A stretch of DNA of 64,000 nt from Alphaproteobacteria bacterium. GTDB lineage: Bacteria; Pseudomonadota; Alphaproteobacteria; UBA828. Below the pieces are notes generated by a model. That model worked only from the letters and a program-made list of their open reading frames with translations, did not search any database and was not told the origin of the DNA. Made by a program: the position numbers and the translations under genes. The stretch covers positions 116,600 to 180,599 of the forward strand of contig CAXXVO010000011.1 in the NCBI GenBank assembly GCA_963422645.2. Direction: 5' to 3'. The number at the start of each line of letters is the position of its first letter. Position 1 is the first letter of the stretch. Positions 1 through 9,237 of this stretch are shown piece by piece.

Positions 1-53
1 CTGGAAGAAGCGCGTCCCTGGATCGACCGCCGCCCGGCGTGGACTACGGCGGG

Positions 54-2384
54 CTAAGCCCTGACCCGCGACTTCTCGGGATCGTAGAAGGGAAACTGCA
101 CGACCACCGCCTCGAGGCGTTTCTGCACGCCGTCGAGCTGGCCGACCTCGACGGCGGTCCCGAGCGCGGCGTGTTCCACCGCCATGCGGCAGAGCGCGAT
201 GGACTTGCCCGAGATCGGCGAGCGGGCGCCCGACGTGACCACGCCGACCCGGTGGCGGCCGACGATCACGCCATCGCCGTGGCCCGCCACCTCGTCGCCC
301 GTGAGCTCCAGGCCCACCAGCACGCGCTGCGGGTTTGTCTTGCGTTTGACCAGCGCCGCCTTGCCGCAAAAGTCGTCATCCTTGGACTTGAGCGGCACCG
401 TGAAGCCGATCCCCGCCTCGAAGGGGTCGGTCTGATCGTCGAATTCGTAGCCTGAGAAGATCAGCCCCGCCTCGATCCGCAGGATATCGAGGGCCTCCAG
501 GCCGAGCGGGCTGAGTCCGTGCGGCTCACCCGCCGCCCAAACCGCATCCCACACCGCTTCGCAGTCCGAGGGGTGACAGAAAATCTCGTAGCCGAGCTCG
601 CCGGTGTAGCCCGTCCTCGAGACCACGAGCGCTGGCCCGTCCGGATCGCCCAGCCGGCCGATGGAGAAGCGGAACCACCCAAGCTCGCCGATGCTCGGCT
701 GGGCCGGCGGGGTCCACACGACCTCGCTCACCAGCTGCCTGCTCAGCGGCCCCTGAACAGAGAGGTTGTGGAGCTGGTCGGTGGACGAGCGGACCCAGAC
801 GTCGAGGCCGAGCTTTTCGGCCTGCTCACGCAGCCAGACGCCACCCTGATCGCAGCCGCCGATCCAGCGGAAGTTGTCCTGGCCCAGCCGGAACAGGGTC
901 CCGTCGTCGAGCATGGTGCCGGTGTCGTAGCACATGGCGGTGTAGACCACCTGGCCCACGGCGAGCTTGCGCACGTTGCGGGTGAGGCAGTGCTGCAGCA
1001 GCGCCTCCGCCCCCGGCCCCAGCACCTCGAACTTGCGGAGCGGCGAGAGATCGATGGCGGCGACGCGCTCGCGGCAGGCCCAGTACTCGGCGATGGGCCC
1101 GACACCGGTGTAGCTGTTGGGCAGCCAGTAGCCGTTGTACTCGACGAGATCGCGCGTGCGTCCGCTGGTGCGGGAGTGGAAGCCGGTTTCCTTGGTCATG
1201 GTCACGTCCGCATCCGGTTGTTTGTAGTGGCCGACGGCGCGCGTGAAGGACTGCGTCTCCGGATAGACGCGCACGTGGATGTCGGTGGGGTTCCAGCCGT
1301 TCGCCGCGTCGATGTCGTCCGGGCAGGCGGAAGAGACGCAGACCAAGTCGGTCAGCGCCCGCAGCAGAACGTAGTCGCCGGGGCGCGACCAGGGCTCGTC
1401 GAGGGTAAAAAGGTTCTCGCCGTCGACGACCGTGTTGTAGAAGAAGTTCATCGCCATCCAGCCGCGCCGGGGCTGAATCGCATAGGTCTCCAGGGCCGCA
1501 TTGAAGTTGTCGGAGCAGTTGGCGTGGCCGGGGTAACCCTGGTCTTCGTAGTACTTGGCCATGCAGGCCAGCCCGAAGGCGTCGTGGCGCATGCAGGTGT
1601 CCTGCACCACCTCGAGCAACGCCGCGAAATCCTGGTCAAGATACTTCGCCCGCTGCCCCGGATGGGGATAGCCGAGCCCCATCAGCGAGCGGGTCGTGGT
1701 CACGTCGAGGCAGCGCTCGACACCCTCGTCCAGCCGTGCCCGGTGGAACGCCTGGAAGTCCGTGCACTGGCGCCCCTCGACATCGATGACCTGGATCCAC
1801 TCGCCGGCGCGCACCTCGTAGCTTCCAGCCGTGCGGCGGTCGATCCGCTGGTCGAGGCGCGGGTCCGCCAGCGGCTCGGGCAGGACCGCTTCGCCGGCCG
1901 GCGCGGCGCCGGCGGCACGCTCGACGAACACCACGATCGGCGTCGGCGGGTCCTGCCCGTCGGCCGCCATCGGTGCGCCGGGCGTCGCCACGATCACCGC
2001 GCCGGCGCCGCTCGCGGTGAATGACGCCTCTTCGCCGGCGCGGCTCTCCGGCCCGAACAGATCGAGAGACGAGGCACCGGCGAGGTCCCGGTCGATGCTG
2101 GCGACACCCTCGGCAACCAGCCGGCGCAGGCCGGCGGCGCTTCCCCCTGCCCTCGCCCCCAGCAGGTCTTCGGCAAGCCGGCCGTCGTCCGCCAGGCAGA
2201 CAAGCTCGCAGGCCTGCCCGCCTTCGGCGTTGATGAGACGGATGACGTCGCCGCCCTCAATCCCTATGGCCCGCGCGCTTCGGCCCGGAACGACATGGCG
2301 TTCCACCCCGGGCGGGAGAGCGAGCAGGCCGGGCCGCCGCACGCCGCGGGACAAGCGAACTTCGCTGGCCGAAACGAGTTCCAT
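54..2384 (-). CDS. DUF1989-like domain(s) fused to an aminomethyltransferase (GcvT / glycine-cleavage T family) domain
   Basis: 776-aa track ORF. The C-terminal ~370 aa carry GcvT-family signatures (VVSRTGYTGELGYEIFC, LGLEALDILRIEAGL). Residues ~190-390 resemble the urea-carboxylase-associated DUF1989 family (IQVIDVEGRQCTDFQAF). It is the last gene of a co-directional ABC operon, 25 bp after the permease gene. Confidence 0.8.
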   Translation of the reverse strand: MELVSASEVRLSRGVRRPGLLALPPGVERHVVPGRSARAIGIEGGDVIRLINAEGGQACELVCLADDGRLAEDLLGARAGGSAAGLRRLVAEGVASIDRDLAGASSLDLFGPESRAGEEASFTASGAGAVIVATPGAPMAADGQDPPTPIVVFVERAAGAAPAGEAVLPEPLADPRLDQRIDRRTAGSYEVRAGEWIQVIDVEGRQCTDFQAFHRARLDEGVERCLDVTTTRSLMGLGYPHPGQRAKYLDQDFAALLEVVQDTCMRHDAFGLACMAKYYEDQGYPGHANCSDNFNAALETYAIQPRRGWMAMNFFYNTVVDGENLFTLDEPWSRPGDYVLLRALTDLVCVSSACPDDIDAANGWNPTDIHVRVYPETQSFTRAVGHYKQPDADVTMTKETGFHSRTSGRTRDLVEYNGYWLPNSYTGVGPIAEYWACRERVAAIDLSPLRKFEVLGPGAEALLQHCLTRNVRKLAVGQVVYTAMCYDTGTMLDDGTLFRLGQDNFRWIGGCDQGGVWLREQAEKLGLDVWVRSSTDQLHNLSVQGPLSRQLVSEVVWTPPAQPSIGELGWFRFSIGRLGDPDGPALVVSRTGYTGELGYEIFCHPSDCEAVWDAVWAAGEPHGLSPLGLEALDILRIEAGLIFSGYEFDDQTDPFEAGIGFTVPLKSKDDDFCGKAALVKRKTNPQRVLVGLELTGDEVAGHGDGVIVGRHRVGVVTSGARSPISGKSIALCRMAVEHAALGTAVEVGQLDGVQKRLEAVVVQFPFYDPEKSRVRA

Positions 2385-2409
2385 GACGTGCGCCTTTCCG
2401 CAAATCCGC

Positions 2410-4410
2410 TCAGGCCAGGCCCAGCTGGCGCCGGCGCTGCTCGGACCACTCCACGACCAGGCGATCGACCGTGAGACCGATGAACGCCACGCAGAGGCCG
2501 ATCACGAGGCCCTTGCCCGCGTCGGCGAAGGTGAGCGCCCGGAAGATCTCCTGCCCGAGGTCCTTGGTCCCGATGAAGGCGGCGATGATCACCATGAAGA
2601 GCCCGAACATGATGGTCTGGTTGACCCCCAGCATGATCTCGGGGAAGGCCAGCGGCATCCGCACCTTCCAGAGGATCTGCCGGGGCGTGCAGCCGGCGGT
2701 GATCGCCGCCTCGATGGTCTCGTTGGGCACGCCGCGCAGGCCGAAGATCGTGTAGCGGACGATGGGGATCGCCGCGTAGATCACGATGGCGGTAATCGCC
2801 GCCACGTCGCCCACCTGGAAGAGCATGATCACCGGGATCAGGTAAATGAACGACGGGAAGGTCTGAAAGGTATCGCAGAGCAGCTGCACGAAGCGGGTGC
2901 GTCGCGCCGTCTTCGATGCCCAGATGCCGAGCGGCAGCCCGAAGATCAGGCAGAGGATCAGCGCGAAGAAGACCATATAGGCGGTGATCGTCGCTCGCTC
3001 CCAGAAGCCCGTGAGCGCGATGAAGGTGACGAAGCCCGCCGTCGTCGCCGCCAGCCGCGGGCCCGCGAGGCGCCAACCGATGGCGCCGGCCAGCGATGCC
3101 ACCGCAATCCACGGCATCCACTGGAAGCCCGTGCGCAGCGGGATCAGCACGTGAACGAGCAGGCCGTCGCGAATGACGGAAAGCGGGTCGTAGAGCGCGA
3201 ACGTGACGGCATCGACGACCATGTCCCAGAAGGGCGCGGTGGTGATCGTTGCGGACCTGGGCAGCGTCTGGGCGTAGGGCGTCAGCAACGACGCGACGAT
3301 CGACACGACAATGACGACCGCGGCAACCGTCAGATAGGGATGCACGCGCCAGAAGGGGCCGTCGGGGCGACGCTCGGGCTGCTTCTCGGAGAGCGCCCGG
3401 CTCAGCCGGTCGAGCATCACCGCCATCAGCACCACGGCGACGCCGTTCTCCAACGCCTGCCCGAGACGCAGGCTCTGAAGGCGGAAGAGCAGGTCCTGCC
3501 CCAGCCCCTTGGCGCCAACGAAGGAGGCTATCACGACCATCGCCAGGCACTGCATGATGACCTGGTTGACGCCGAGCATGAGCGAATCGCGCGCGGCCGG
3601 AATCTCGACCCTCAAGAGCATTTGCCAGCGCGTGCAGCCGGCCATCACGCCGGCCTCGCGCACTTCCTCGGAAACGCCTTTGAGTCCGAGGACAGTGAGC
3701 CGCGTCATCGGCGGTATGGCGAAGAGGATGGTGGCGATGGCGCCGGCCCGGTGAGAGACGCCGATGAAGAGCGCCACCGGGATCAGGTAGGAGAAGTGAG
3801 GCAGCGACTGCATGACGTTGAGGATCGGCCACAGCACCCGCTCGAAGGGCGGCGACTTGGCCCCCATCACGCCGAGTACAAGGCCGACGGCGGCTGCGAT
3901 CGGCGCCGCGACCAGGACGACGGAGAGAGTCGTCATCGAGAGCGACCATTTGCCGAAGAGGGCGAAGTAGACGATGCAGCCGCCGGCCAGCAGCGCGAGA
4001 CGCCAGCCCTTCAGCCACCAGCCGAAGACCGCGGCGAGGCCGGCGATCATCACCCATGGGATGGCGGGGATACCGATCGACTTGAAGCCGTCCGCAAGCA
4101 GGCCGTGCACGATGTCGAGCGGCCACTCGATTCCATAGGCGATCGCCCGCGTCACGTCCTTGACCGTGAAAACGCCGAAGAGCTCGTGCTTGTGGAAGAC
4201 GTTGACGACGACGTTGATCCAGTCGATGAAGGGCACCGCGATATCCCTGGGCCAGACGATCCCGGCCTCAGGCAGAATGGGCTTGAGCGCGAGCAGAAGG
4301 ACGAAGGGCACCAGAACCAGCAGCGGCCCCGCCCCCGGCATGCGCCAGAGACGACGGGTCGCCGCCAATGAACCTGCGATCGATACCCCGGCGGTTCGCT
4401 CTGCGGCCAT
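2410..4410 (-). CDS. ABC transporter permease, two fused ProW/OpuAB-type halves (quaternary-amine/betaine type)
   Basis: 666-aa hydrophobic ORF with two EAA-loop-like motifs (EAGVMAGCTRWQMLLRVEIPAARD and EAAITAGCTPRQILWKVRMPLAFP). There is a 4-nt gap to the upstream ATPase gene. Confidence 0.85.
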   Translation of the reverse strand: MAAERTAGVSIAGSLAATRRLWRMPGAGPLLVLVPFVLLLALKPILPEAGIVWPRDIAVPFIDWINVVVNVFHKHELFGVFTVKDVTRAIAYGIEWPLDIVHGLLADGFKSIGIPAIPWVMIAGLAAVFGWWLKGWRLALLAGGCIVYFALFGKWSLSMTTLSVVLVAAPIAAAVGLVLGVMGAKSPPFERVLWPILNVMQSLPHFSYLIPVALFIGVSHRAGAIATILFAIPPMTRLTVLGLKGVSEEVREAGVMAGCTRWQMLLRVEIPAARDSLMLGVNQVIMQCLAMVVIASFVGAKGLGQDLLFRLQSLRLGQALENGVAVVLMAVMLDRLSRALSEKQPERRPDGPFWRVHPYLTVAAVVIVVSIVASLLTPYAQTLPRSATITTAPFWDMVVDAVTFALYDPLSVIRDGLLVHVLIPLRTGFQWMPWIAVASLAGAIGWRLAGPRLAATTAGFVTFIALTGFWERATITAYMVFFALILCLIFGLPLGIWASKTARRTRFVQLLCDTFQTFPSFIYLIPVIMLFQVGDVAAITAIVIYAAIPIVRYTIFGLRGVPNETIEAAITAGCTPRQILWKVRMPLAFPEIMLGVNQTIMFGLFMVIIAAFIGTKDLGQEIFRALTFADAGKGLVIGLCVAFIGLTVDRLVVEWSEQRRRQLGLA

Positions 4411-4414
4411 GGCC

Positions 4415-5437
4415 TTATGAGCGGTCGGTGTACATCGCGTGGACGAGACGGAAGCGGTCGACCACGCCGATCGTCTCGCCCTTCTCGTCGACGACCGCCA
4501 CCGGGCGCTCGGCCTCGATCACTTGCGGCGCGGCGTCCGCCAGCGTGGAGTCCGCCCTGACCTCGCCTTGCGTCGTCTCGCCCGCGGCAGCGGGACGCAC
4601 CGCCGTCGCCACGGTGAGCAGGCGATCCCGCGCCACGTCCTTGGTGAACTCGCGCACGTAGTCGGTCTCCGGGTTCTCGATCAGCTCGGTGGCGGTGCCG
4701 GCCTGCTCGATGATGCCGTCCTTCATGATGATGATGCGGTCGGCGAGCCTGATTGCCTCATCGAAGTCGTGGGTGATGAACAGGATCGTCTTCTGCAGCA
4801 TGTTCTGCAGGCGCAGGAACTCGTTCTGCATCTCGCGGCGGATGAGCGGATCGAGGGCGGAGAAGGGCTCGTCGAGGAACCAGAGCTCGGGCCCCACCGC
4901 GAGCGAGCGGGCGATGCCGACGCGCTGCTGCTGCCCGCCGGAAAGCTCGCGCGGGTAATAGCGCTCGCGTCCTTCGAGGCCGACCAGCTCGATCATCTCG
5001 TGGGCACGAGTCTCCCGCGTACGGCGGTTGATGCCCTGGACCTCGAGCGGGAAGGCTACGTTCTGCAGCACCGTGCGGTGGGGAAGCAGCGCGAAGTGCT
5101 GAAACACCATGCCCATCTTGTGGCGGCGCAGCTGCGTGAGTTCCCGATTGGTCGCCTTGAGCAGGTCCTGGCCCTCGAACACGATCGCACCGGCGGTGGG
5201 CTCGATCAGGCGCGCGAGGCAACGGAGCAGCGTGGACTTGCCGGAGCCCGAGAGCCCCATGATCACCAGGATTTCGCCGGCGTTAACCTCCAGCGAGGCG
5301 TCGCGCACGGCGGGGATGTAGCCTTCTTCCAGAATGACGGCGAGGCCGGGCGTGCCCCCGTGCCTGTCCATGAACGACCAGGGCTTGGGGCCGAACAGCT
5401 TCCAAACGCTGCTGCATGTCAGAATCGGCTCGGCCAA
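4415..5437 (-). CDS. Quaternary-amine (glycine betaine/proline type) ABC transporter ATP-binding protein, ProV/OpuAA-like
   Basis: Walker A GLSGSGKST, signature LSGGQQQRV, Walker B LWFLDEPFSALD and H-loop ITHD are present. A C-terminal extension is typical of ProV-type ATPases. Confidence 0.9.
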   Translation of the reverse strand: MAEPILTCSSVWKLFGPKPWSFMDRHGGTPGLAVILEEGYIPAVRDASLEVNAGEILVIMGLSGSGKSTLLRCLARLIEPTAGAIVFEGQDLLKATNRELTQLRRHKMGMVFQHFALLPHRTVLQNVAFPLEVQGINRRTRETRAHEMIELVGLEGRERYYPRELSGGQQQRVGIARSLAVGPELWFLDEPFSALDPLIRREMQNEFLRLQNMLQKTILFITHDFDEAIRLADRIIIMKDGIIEQAGTATELIENPETDYVREFTKDVARDRLLTVATAVRPAAAGETTQGEVRADSTLADAAPQVIEAERPVAVVDEKGETIGVVDRFRLVHAMYTDRS

Positions 5438-5560
5438 ATTGTGTCTCCACCGTTGCGGCGGAGCATAGGCCGCTGCCCCGCCCTGTCGGCGCTGCGCCTC
5501 GTCGCCCGCGGCGCGGGGCGAGACGACCGTACGCCGGTACTATGTGCCGGCAGGAGCGTG

Positions 5561-5605
5561 AAATAAAGCGAGGGCGCCGCCACAGGGAGAAAAGGCGGCG
5601 CCCTC
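5561..5605 (-). terminator. Intrinsic-terminator-like hairpin between the binding-protein gene and the ATPase gene
   Basis: Perfect 12-bp GC-rich stem (GAGGGCGCCGCC / GGCGGCGCCCTC, 5570-5581 and 5594-5605) with a 12-nt loop. On the minus strand it is followed by GCTTTATTT. It lies 19 nt downstream of the SBP stop codon. Confidence 0.5.
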
Positions 5606-5623
5606 GTTGCCAGCGGCGCTAGG

Positions 5624-6592
5624 CTAGTTCACCCAGGACATCCACTTGGCTTCATTGTCGGCCATCCACTGGTCGGCCGCCTCTTCGACCTCCATGCCGT
5701 CGATGTCGACGAGCTTGGACATCACCGCGATATCAAGATTGGACAGGTTCATCTTCGAGACGATGCCATAGGCCGTCGGCCACTTGTCGGGCATGCCGTT
5801 CCAGACGCCGATCTTGAGATAGCCGTCCTTCGGGTTGCCGCAGTCATAGGTCATGTCGGGGTTGGGACCCCAGGCCGGGTCGTCCTTGCAGCCCTCGCCA
5901 TACTCCGGGAACTCGACGAACTTGCCGTCGTAGATCGCCTCGATGAAGTTGGGCGTCCAGTTGAAGTGCACGATGGGCGCCTTGCGCTCGAACGCCGATG
6001 CGAGCTCCGCCCAGATGGCCGCTGCCGAGCCAGCGTTCACCACCTCGAAGTCCATGCCGAGGCCTTCGACACGCTCGGCGTCGTGCTTCAACCAGTCCAC
6101 CGGCCCACCGAGGAAGCGACCCTTCGGGGCCGTCTCGGCAGTCGAGAACATCTCGGCGCAGGCATTCAGCGCCTCCCAGTCGGGCAGGCCCGGGCACTGC
6201 TCCTCGACATAGCTGGGATACCACCACTCTTCGCGGGTCTTGGCGTCGTGAGTCGCGGTGTCGATCACGCAACCTTCGCCAACGACCTTCTCGAACGCCA
6301 CGCCGAACGCGCCCTGCCAGACCTCGTGGACCACGTCGATGTCGCCCTCGCACATAGAGGTGTAAACCACCTGGCTGTCGGCGGGGATGAACTCCGTGGC
6401 GAAGCCCTGGCCGTTCAGAATCTTGCCCAGGACATGGGCACCCACGATCTGGCTCGACCAGTTGTGGATCGGGATCTTGATCGGGTCGTCGGAATCCGCT
6501 GCCTGAGCCACGCCGGACACGGCGCCCGACAGGCCGATCGCGGCCCCTGCGACGAGCGCAATTGCCCACCGTCTCATATTCGTACCCACCAT
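5624..6592 (-). CDS. ABC transporter substrate-binding protein, ProX/OpuAC-like (glycine betaine family)
   Basis: Signal-peptide-like N-terminus MRRWAIALVAGAAIGLSGAVSGVAQA. GAGGAGG lies 5 nt upstream of the ATG at 6592, whereas the track ORF starts earlier at 6688. It is the first gene of the ABC operon. Confidence 0.8.
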   Translation of the reverse strand: MVGTNMRRWAIALVAGAAIGLSGAVSGVAQAADSDDPIKIPIHNWSSQIVGAHVLGKILNGQGFATEFIPADSQVVYTSMCEGDIDVVHEVWQGAFGVAFEKVVGEGCVIDTATHDAKTREEWWYPSYVEEQCPGLPDWEALNACAEMFSTAETAPKGRFLGGPVDWLKHDAERVEGLGMDFEVVNAGSAAAIWAELASAFERKAPIVHFNWTPNFIEAIYDGKFVEFPEYGEGCKDDPAWGPNPDMTYDCGNPKDGYLKIGVWNGMPDKWPTAYGIVSKMNLSNLDIAVMSKLVDIDGMEVEEAADQWMADNEAKWMSWVN

Positions 6593-6765
6593 TGTCGCCT
6601 CCTCATTAGTTACACGCATGCCCATGCTATCGTGCGGGGGATCCCGCTCCGAGCTTGCAAGCCTAGAGGGGCGTTGTGAACAAGACACACCCTTGCGATA
6701 AACAGCCTGTAAAAGTTCATGAAAGATGTGAAAATGCAGAGGAGATCGAGGCGCGGGGCCCGGAG

Positions 6766-7101
6766 ATGACCGACCCCTTTCATATCGTCGTGGTCGAGGA
6801 CGACGCCGTGACCCGCACCAAGCTCGCCGGCTATGCCCAAGCGGCAGGCCATCGGGTGAGCGAGGCGGAGGACGGCCAGGGCATGTGGCGCATCCTCGAG
6901 AAGGATGCCGCCGATCTCATCCTGCTCGACATCAACCTGCCGCGCGAAGACGGCCTCGATCTGACCCGCAAGCTGAGAGCACAGAGCAACGTCGGGATTA
7001 TCCTGGTCACGGTGCGCGACGACGAAGTGGACCGGATCCTCGGCCTGGAGATCGGTGCCGACGACTACATCACCAAGCCCTTCAACCCGCGGGAGCTGCT
7101 C
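6766..7101 (+). pseudogene. OmpR-family response regulator, receiver domain only (3'-truncated at the IS1634 end)
   Basis: MTDPFHIVVVEDD...LILLDINLPREDGLDL...GADDYITKPFNPRELL is a complete REC domain. The reading frame then runs into the IS inverted repeat at 7099. No winged-helix output domain follows anywhere downstream. Confidence 0.75.
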
Positions 7102-9025
7102 CTGACTTCGACGGTTGGGCCGGATTTTGGCTGATCTCCCGTCTGGAGTTTTCTGCAAAGACAATGACTTAGAAGTTGCGGTGCGGTCAAGCCGCTTTGT
7201 AGTGCCTAGTAGGTATATGTGGTTGTCGATACCCCCGCCGCGCGCTACACTTTCCCCGTGTTCGTTCGCATCAAGACCACGCCCAACAGCCCGCGACGCT
7301 CGGTCCAGCTCGTCGAGGCCGTGCGCGACGGCGGCAAGGTCCGACAGCGCATCGTTCGCCACATCGGCGTGGCCATGGACGAGGACGAGCTCGAGCGCCT
7401 GAGGCAGCTCGGCGAGTACGTCAAGGCGAAGCTGGAGGACCAGCGCCAGCCTTTGCTGTTTGCGCCCGAGAAGATCGCAGACCAGGTGATCCGCGTCGGA
7501 CGCCAGGGCGACGGCAAGCAGGAACTCCCGGTCGATCTCAAGCAACTCGAAGAGGAGCAGCGCCTGATCACTGGCGTCCACGAGGTCTACGGCGAGATGT
7601 ACCGCCTGCTGGGCCTCGATGCGCTGCTGCCGCGATCGCGCTACCGGGCCTCGCACGACGCGCTGTTCCACGTGGTGATGGCACGCATCGCCAACCCCGA
7701 CAGCAAGCGGGGCAGCGTGCGCCGGCTCGAGGAGGACTTCGGCGTGAGCCTTCCCCTTGAGAAGGTCTACCGCATGATGGACCAACTCGGCGCGACCGTG
7801 ATCGAGCGTCTGCGCACGCAGGTGGGCGAGGCGAGCCGATCGCTGCTGCCGGAGCCGGTCGCGCTCCTCTTCTTCGATTGCACCACGCTCTACTTCGAGA
7901 CCGCGGTTGAGGACGAGCTTCGCCAGCACGGCTTCAGCAAGGACGGCAAGCACAAGGACTCGCAGGTCCTGCTGGCATTGATGGTGACGCGCGAAGGGCT
8001 GCCGATCGGCTACGAGGTCTTTCCCGGCGCCACCTACGAGGGGCACAGCCTGGTCCCGGTCTTGCAGGACATGCAGCGCCGCCACCAGGTGGAGCGCACG
8101 GTGTGCGTGGCCGACCGGGGCATGCTGAGCGCCGACAACCTCGACGCCATGGACACGATCGGCGGCGAGTACGTCGTCGGCGCGCGGCTGCGCAAGCTGC
8201 CGCTCGCGCTGCGGAAGCAGATTCTCGACCCGGGCACCTATGCCCCGCTGGAGGGCCCGGAGAAGCGCCGGGTCGGCGAATGGGAGCACAAGGGCCGGCG
8301 CCTGATCGTCGTCTTCTGCCCCGTGCGCGCGCGCACGGACGCACACGAGCGCCGCAAGCAGGTGGAGCGCCTGCTCGACAGGCTGGCCCGCAGCGACAAT
8401 CCGAAGGAGCTGCTCTCCAATCACGGGGCGAAGCGCTTCATCGCCGTCGAGGGCGAAGCCCGGCTCACGGTGAACCCGGAGAAGATCGCCGAGGCCGAGC
8501 GATGGGACGGGCTCGCCGGCGTCATCACCAATCTGCGCGACGCCAGCGTCACCGAAGTGATGTCTCACTACCACGGGCTCTGGCAGGTCGAGGAGAGCTT
8601 CCGGATCACCAAGCACGACCTGCGGGTGCGCCCCATCTGGCACTGGAACCCGGACCGGATCCGCGCCCACATCGCCATCGCCTTCATGGCCTTCGCCTGC
8701 GTCCGCCACCTCGCCTACCGCGTCGCCATCCAGAAGCGGCGGATGTCCCCGGAAGTCATCCGCTCCGCCCTCGTCCACCGCCAATGCTCGGTCCTGCGCT
8801 GCCGCCAATCAGGCAACCGCTACGTCATCCCCTCCAAGCCGACACCGGCGGCGGAACAGATCTATGCGACCATGGGGCTGCCCCTGACGATCACCCCGTA
8901 CCAGCTCGACTGACCGCCGACGAAACCCGGCCCGGTCTCGCAGCGCCGCCGGATGTAGTGCCTGGCCGGAAATGAGAACCGGCCAATTTCAAATACTTAC
9001 GCGAATCAACCGTCGAAGTCAGGAG
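7099..9025 (+). mobile_element. IS1634-family insertion sequence (1,927 bp)
   Basis: Perfect 19-bp terminal inverted repeats: CTCCTGACTTCGACGGTTG at 7099-7117 and its reverse complement at 9007-9025. They enclose a single 564-aa transposase ORF. No matching direct repeat flanks the element. Confidence 0.75.
7219..8913 (+). CDS. IS1634-family (IS4-related DDE) transposase
   Basis: The N-terminus FVRIKTTPNSPRRSVQLVEAVRDGGKVRQRIVRHIG is typical of IS1634-type transposases. The start could be the GTG at 7219 or 7258. Confidence 0.8.
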   Translation: MVVDTPAARYTFPVFVRIKTTPNSPRRSVQLVEAVRDGGKVRQRIVRHIGVAMDEDELERLRQLGEYVKAKLEDQRQPLLFAPEKIADQVIRVGRQGDGKQELPVDLKQLEEEQRLITGVHEVYGEMYRLLGLDALLPRSRYRASHDALFHVVMARIANPDSKRGSVRRLEEDFGVSLPLEKVYRMMDQLGATVIERLRTQVGEASRSLLPEPVALLFFDCTTLYFETAVEDELRQHGFSKDGKHKDSQVLLALMVTREGLPIGYEVFPGATYEGHSLVPVLQDMQRRHQVERTVCVADRGMLSADNLDAMDTIGGEYVVGARLRKLPLALRKQILDPGTYAPLEGPEKRRVGEWEHKGRRLIVVFCPVRARTDAHERRKQVERLLDRLARSDNPKELLSNHGAKRFIAVEGEARLTVNPEKIAEAERWDGLAGVITNLRDASVTEVMSHYHGLWQVEESFRITKHDLRVRPIWHWNPDRIRAHIAIAFMAFACVRHLAYRVAIQKRRMSPEVIRSALVHRQCSVLRCRQSGNRYVIPSKPTPAAEQIYATMGLPLTITPYQLD

Positions 9026-9127
9026 TCATTTCCCGAAATTCCCGTCAAGCCCTTTCCACCAACTCCGAACGAGAAACGCCTCAATCCACTGGCCCAAAAT
9101 GACAAATCAGACGACCTGGGCAGTTAC
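9026..9127 (+). mobile_element. Right-end fragment (non-coding tail plus terminus) of an IS66-family element
   Basis: It ends in AATCAGACGACCTGGGCAGTTAC. The intact IS66-family element at 40279-42739 ends in AATCAGACCTGGGCAGTTAC after a tail of similar length (~102 bp). A TCAATCCA block is also shared. Confidence 0.5.
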
Positions 9128-9196
9128 CATATTCGATGGCATCTAGATGTGGCACTTGACAACCGACGCTCTGTTGATCTCGCGCTCTTGGCCAGA

Positions 9197-9222
9197 ATGG
9201 CCGGAAGTTCCCTTCCGGCCAT
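9197..9222. repeat. Perfect 11-bp stem / 4-nt loop hairpin
   Basis: ATGGCCGGAAG ttcc CTTCCGGCCAT. Confidence 0.6.
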
Positions 9223-9237
9223 GGAAAGCCCCTTGCT

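Noticed and set aside
1831-4371. 846-aa plus-strand ORF. Similar long ORFs occur at 519-2024(+), 2264-4126(-), 6610-8808(-), 29562-32096(+), 29953-31521(-), 36483-38600(+), 46965-48362(+), 48274-49863(+), 50167-51807(+), 52238-53725(+), 56458-57630(-) and 57783-58784(+).
   Set aside because: All overlap, antisense or out of frame, genes with clear family signatures. Their translations are Arg/Ala/Gly/Pro-rich low-complexity strings typical of stop-codon-poor frames in high-GC DNA.
9115-9127. The thrice-repeated CCTGGGCAGTTAC motif as attL/attR of the island.
   Set aside because: One copy, together with its inverted partner at 40279, delimits a complete IS66-family element with its own 8-bp TSD. 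The 27342 copy is preceded by a TnpC C-terminal remnant. The motif is therefore an IS terminus, not an integrase attachment site.
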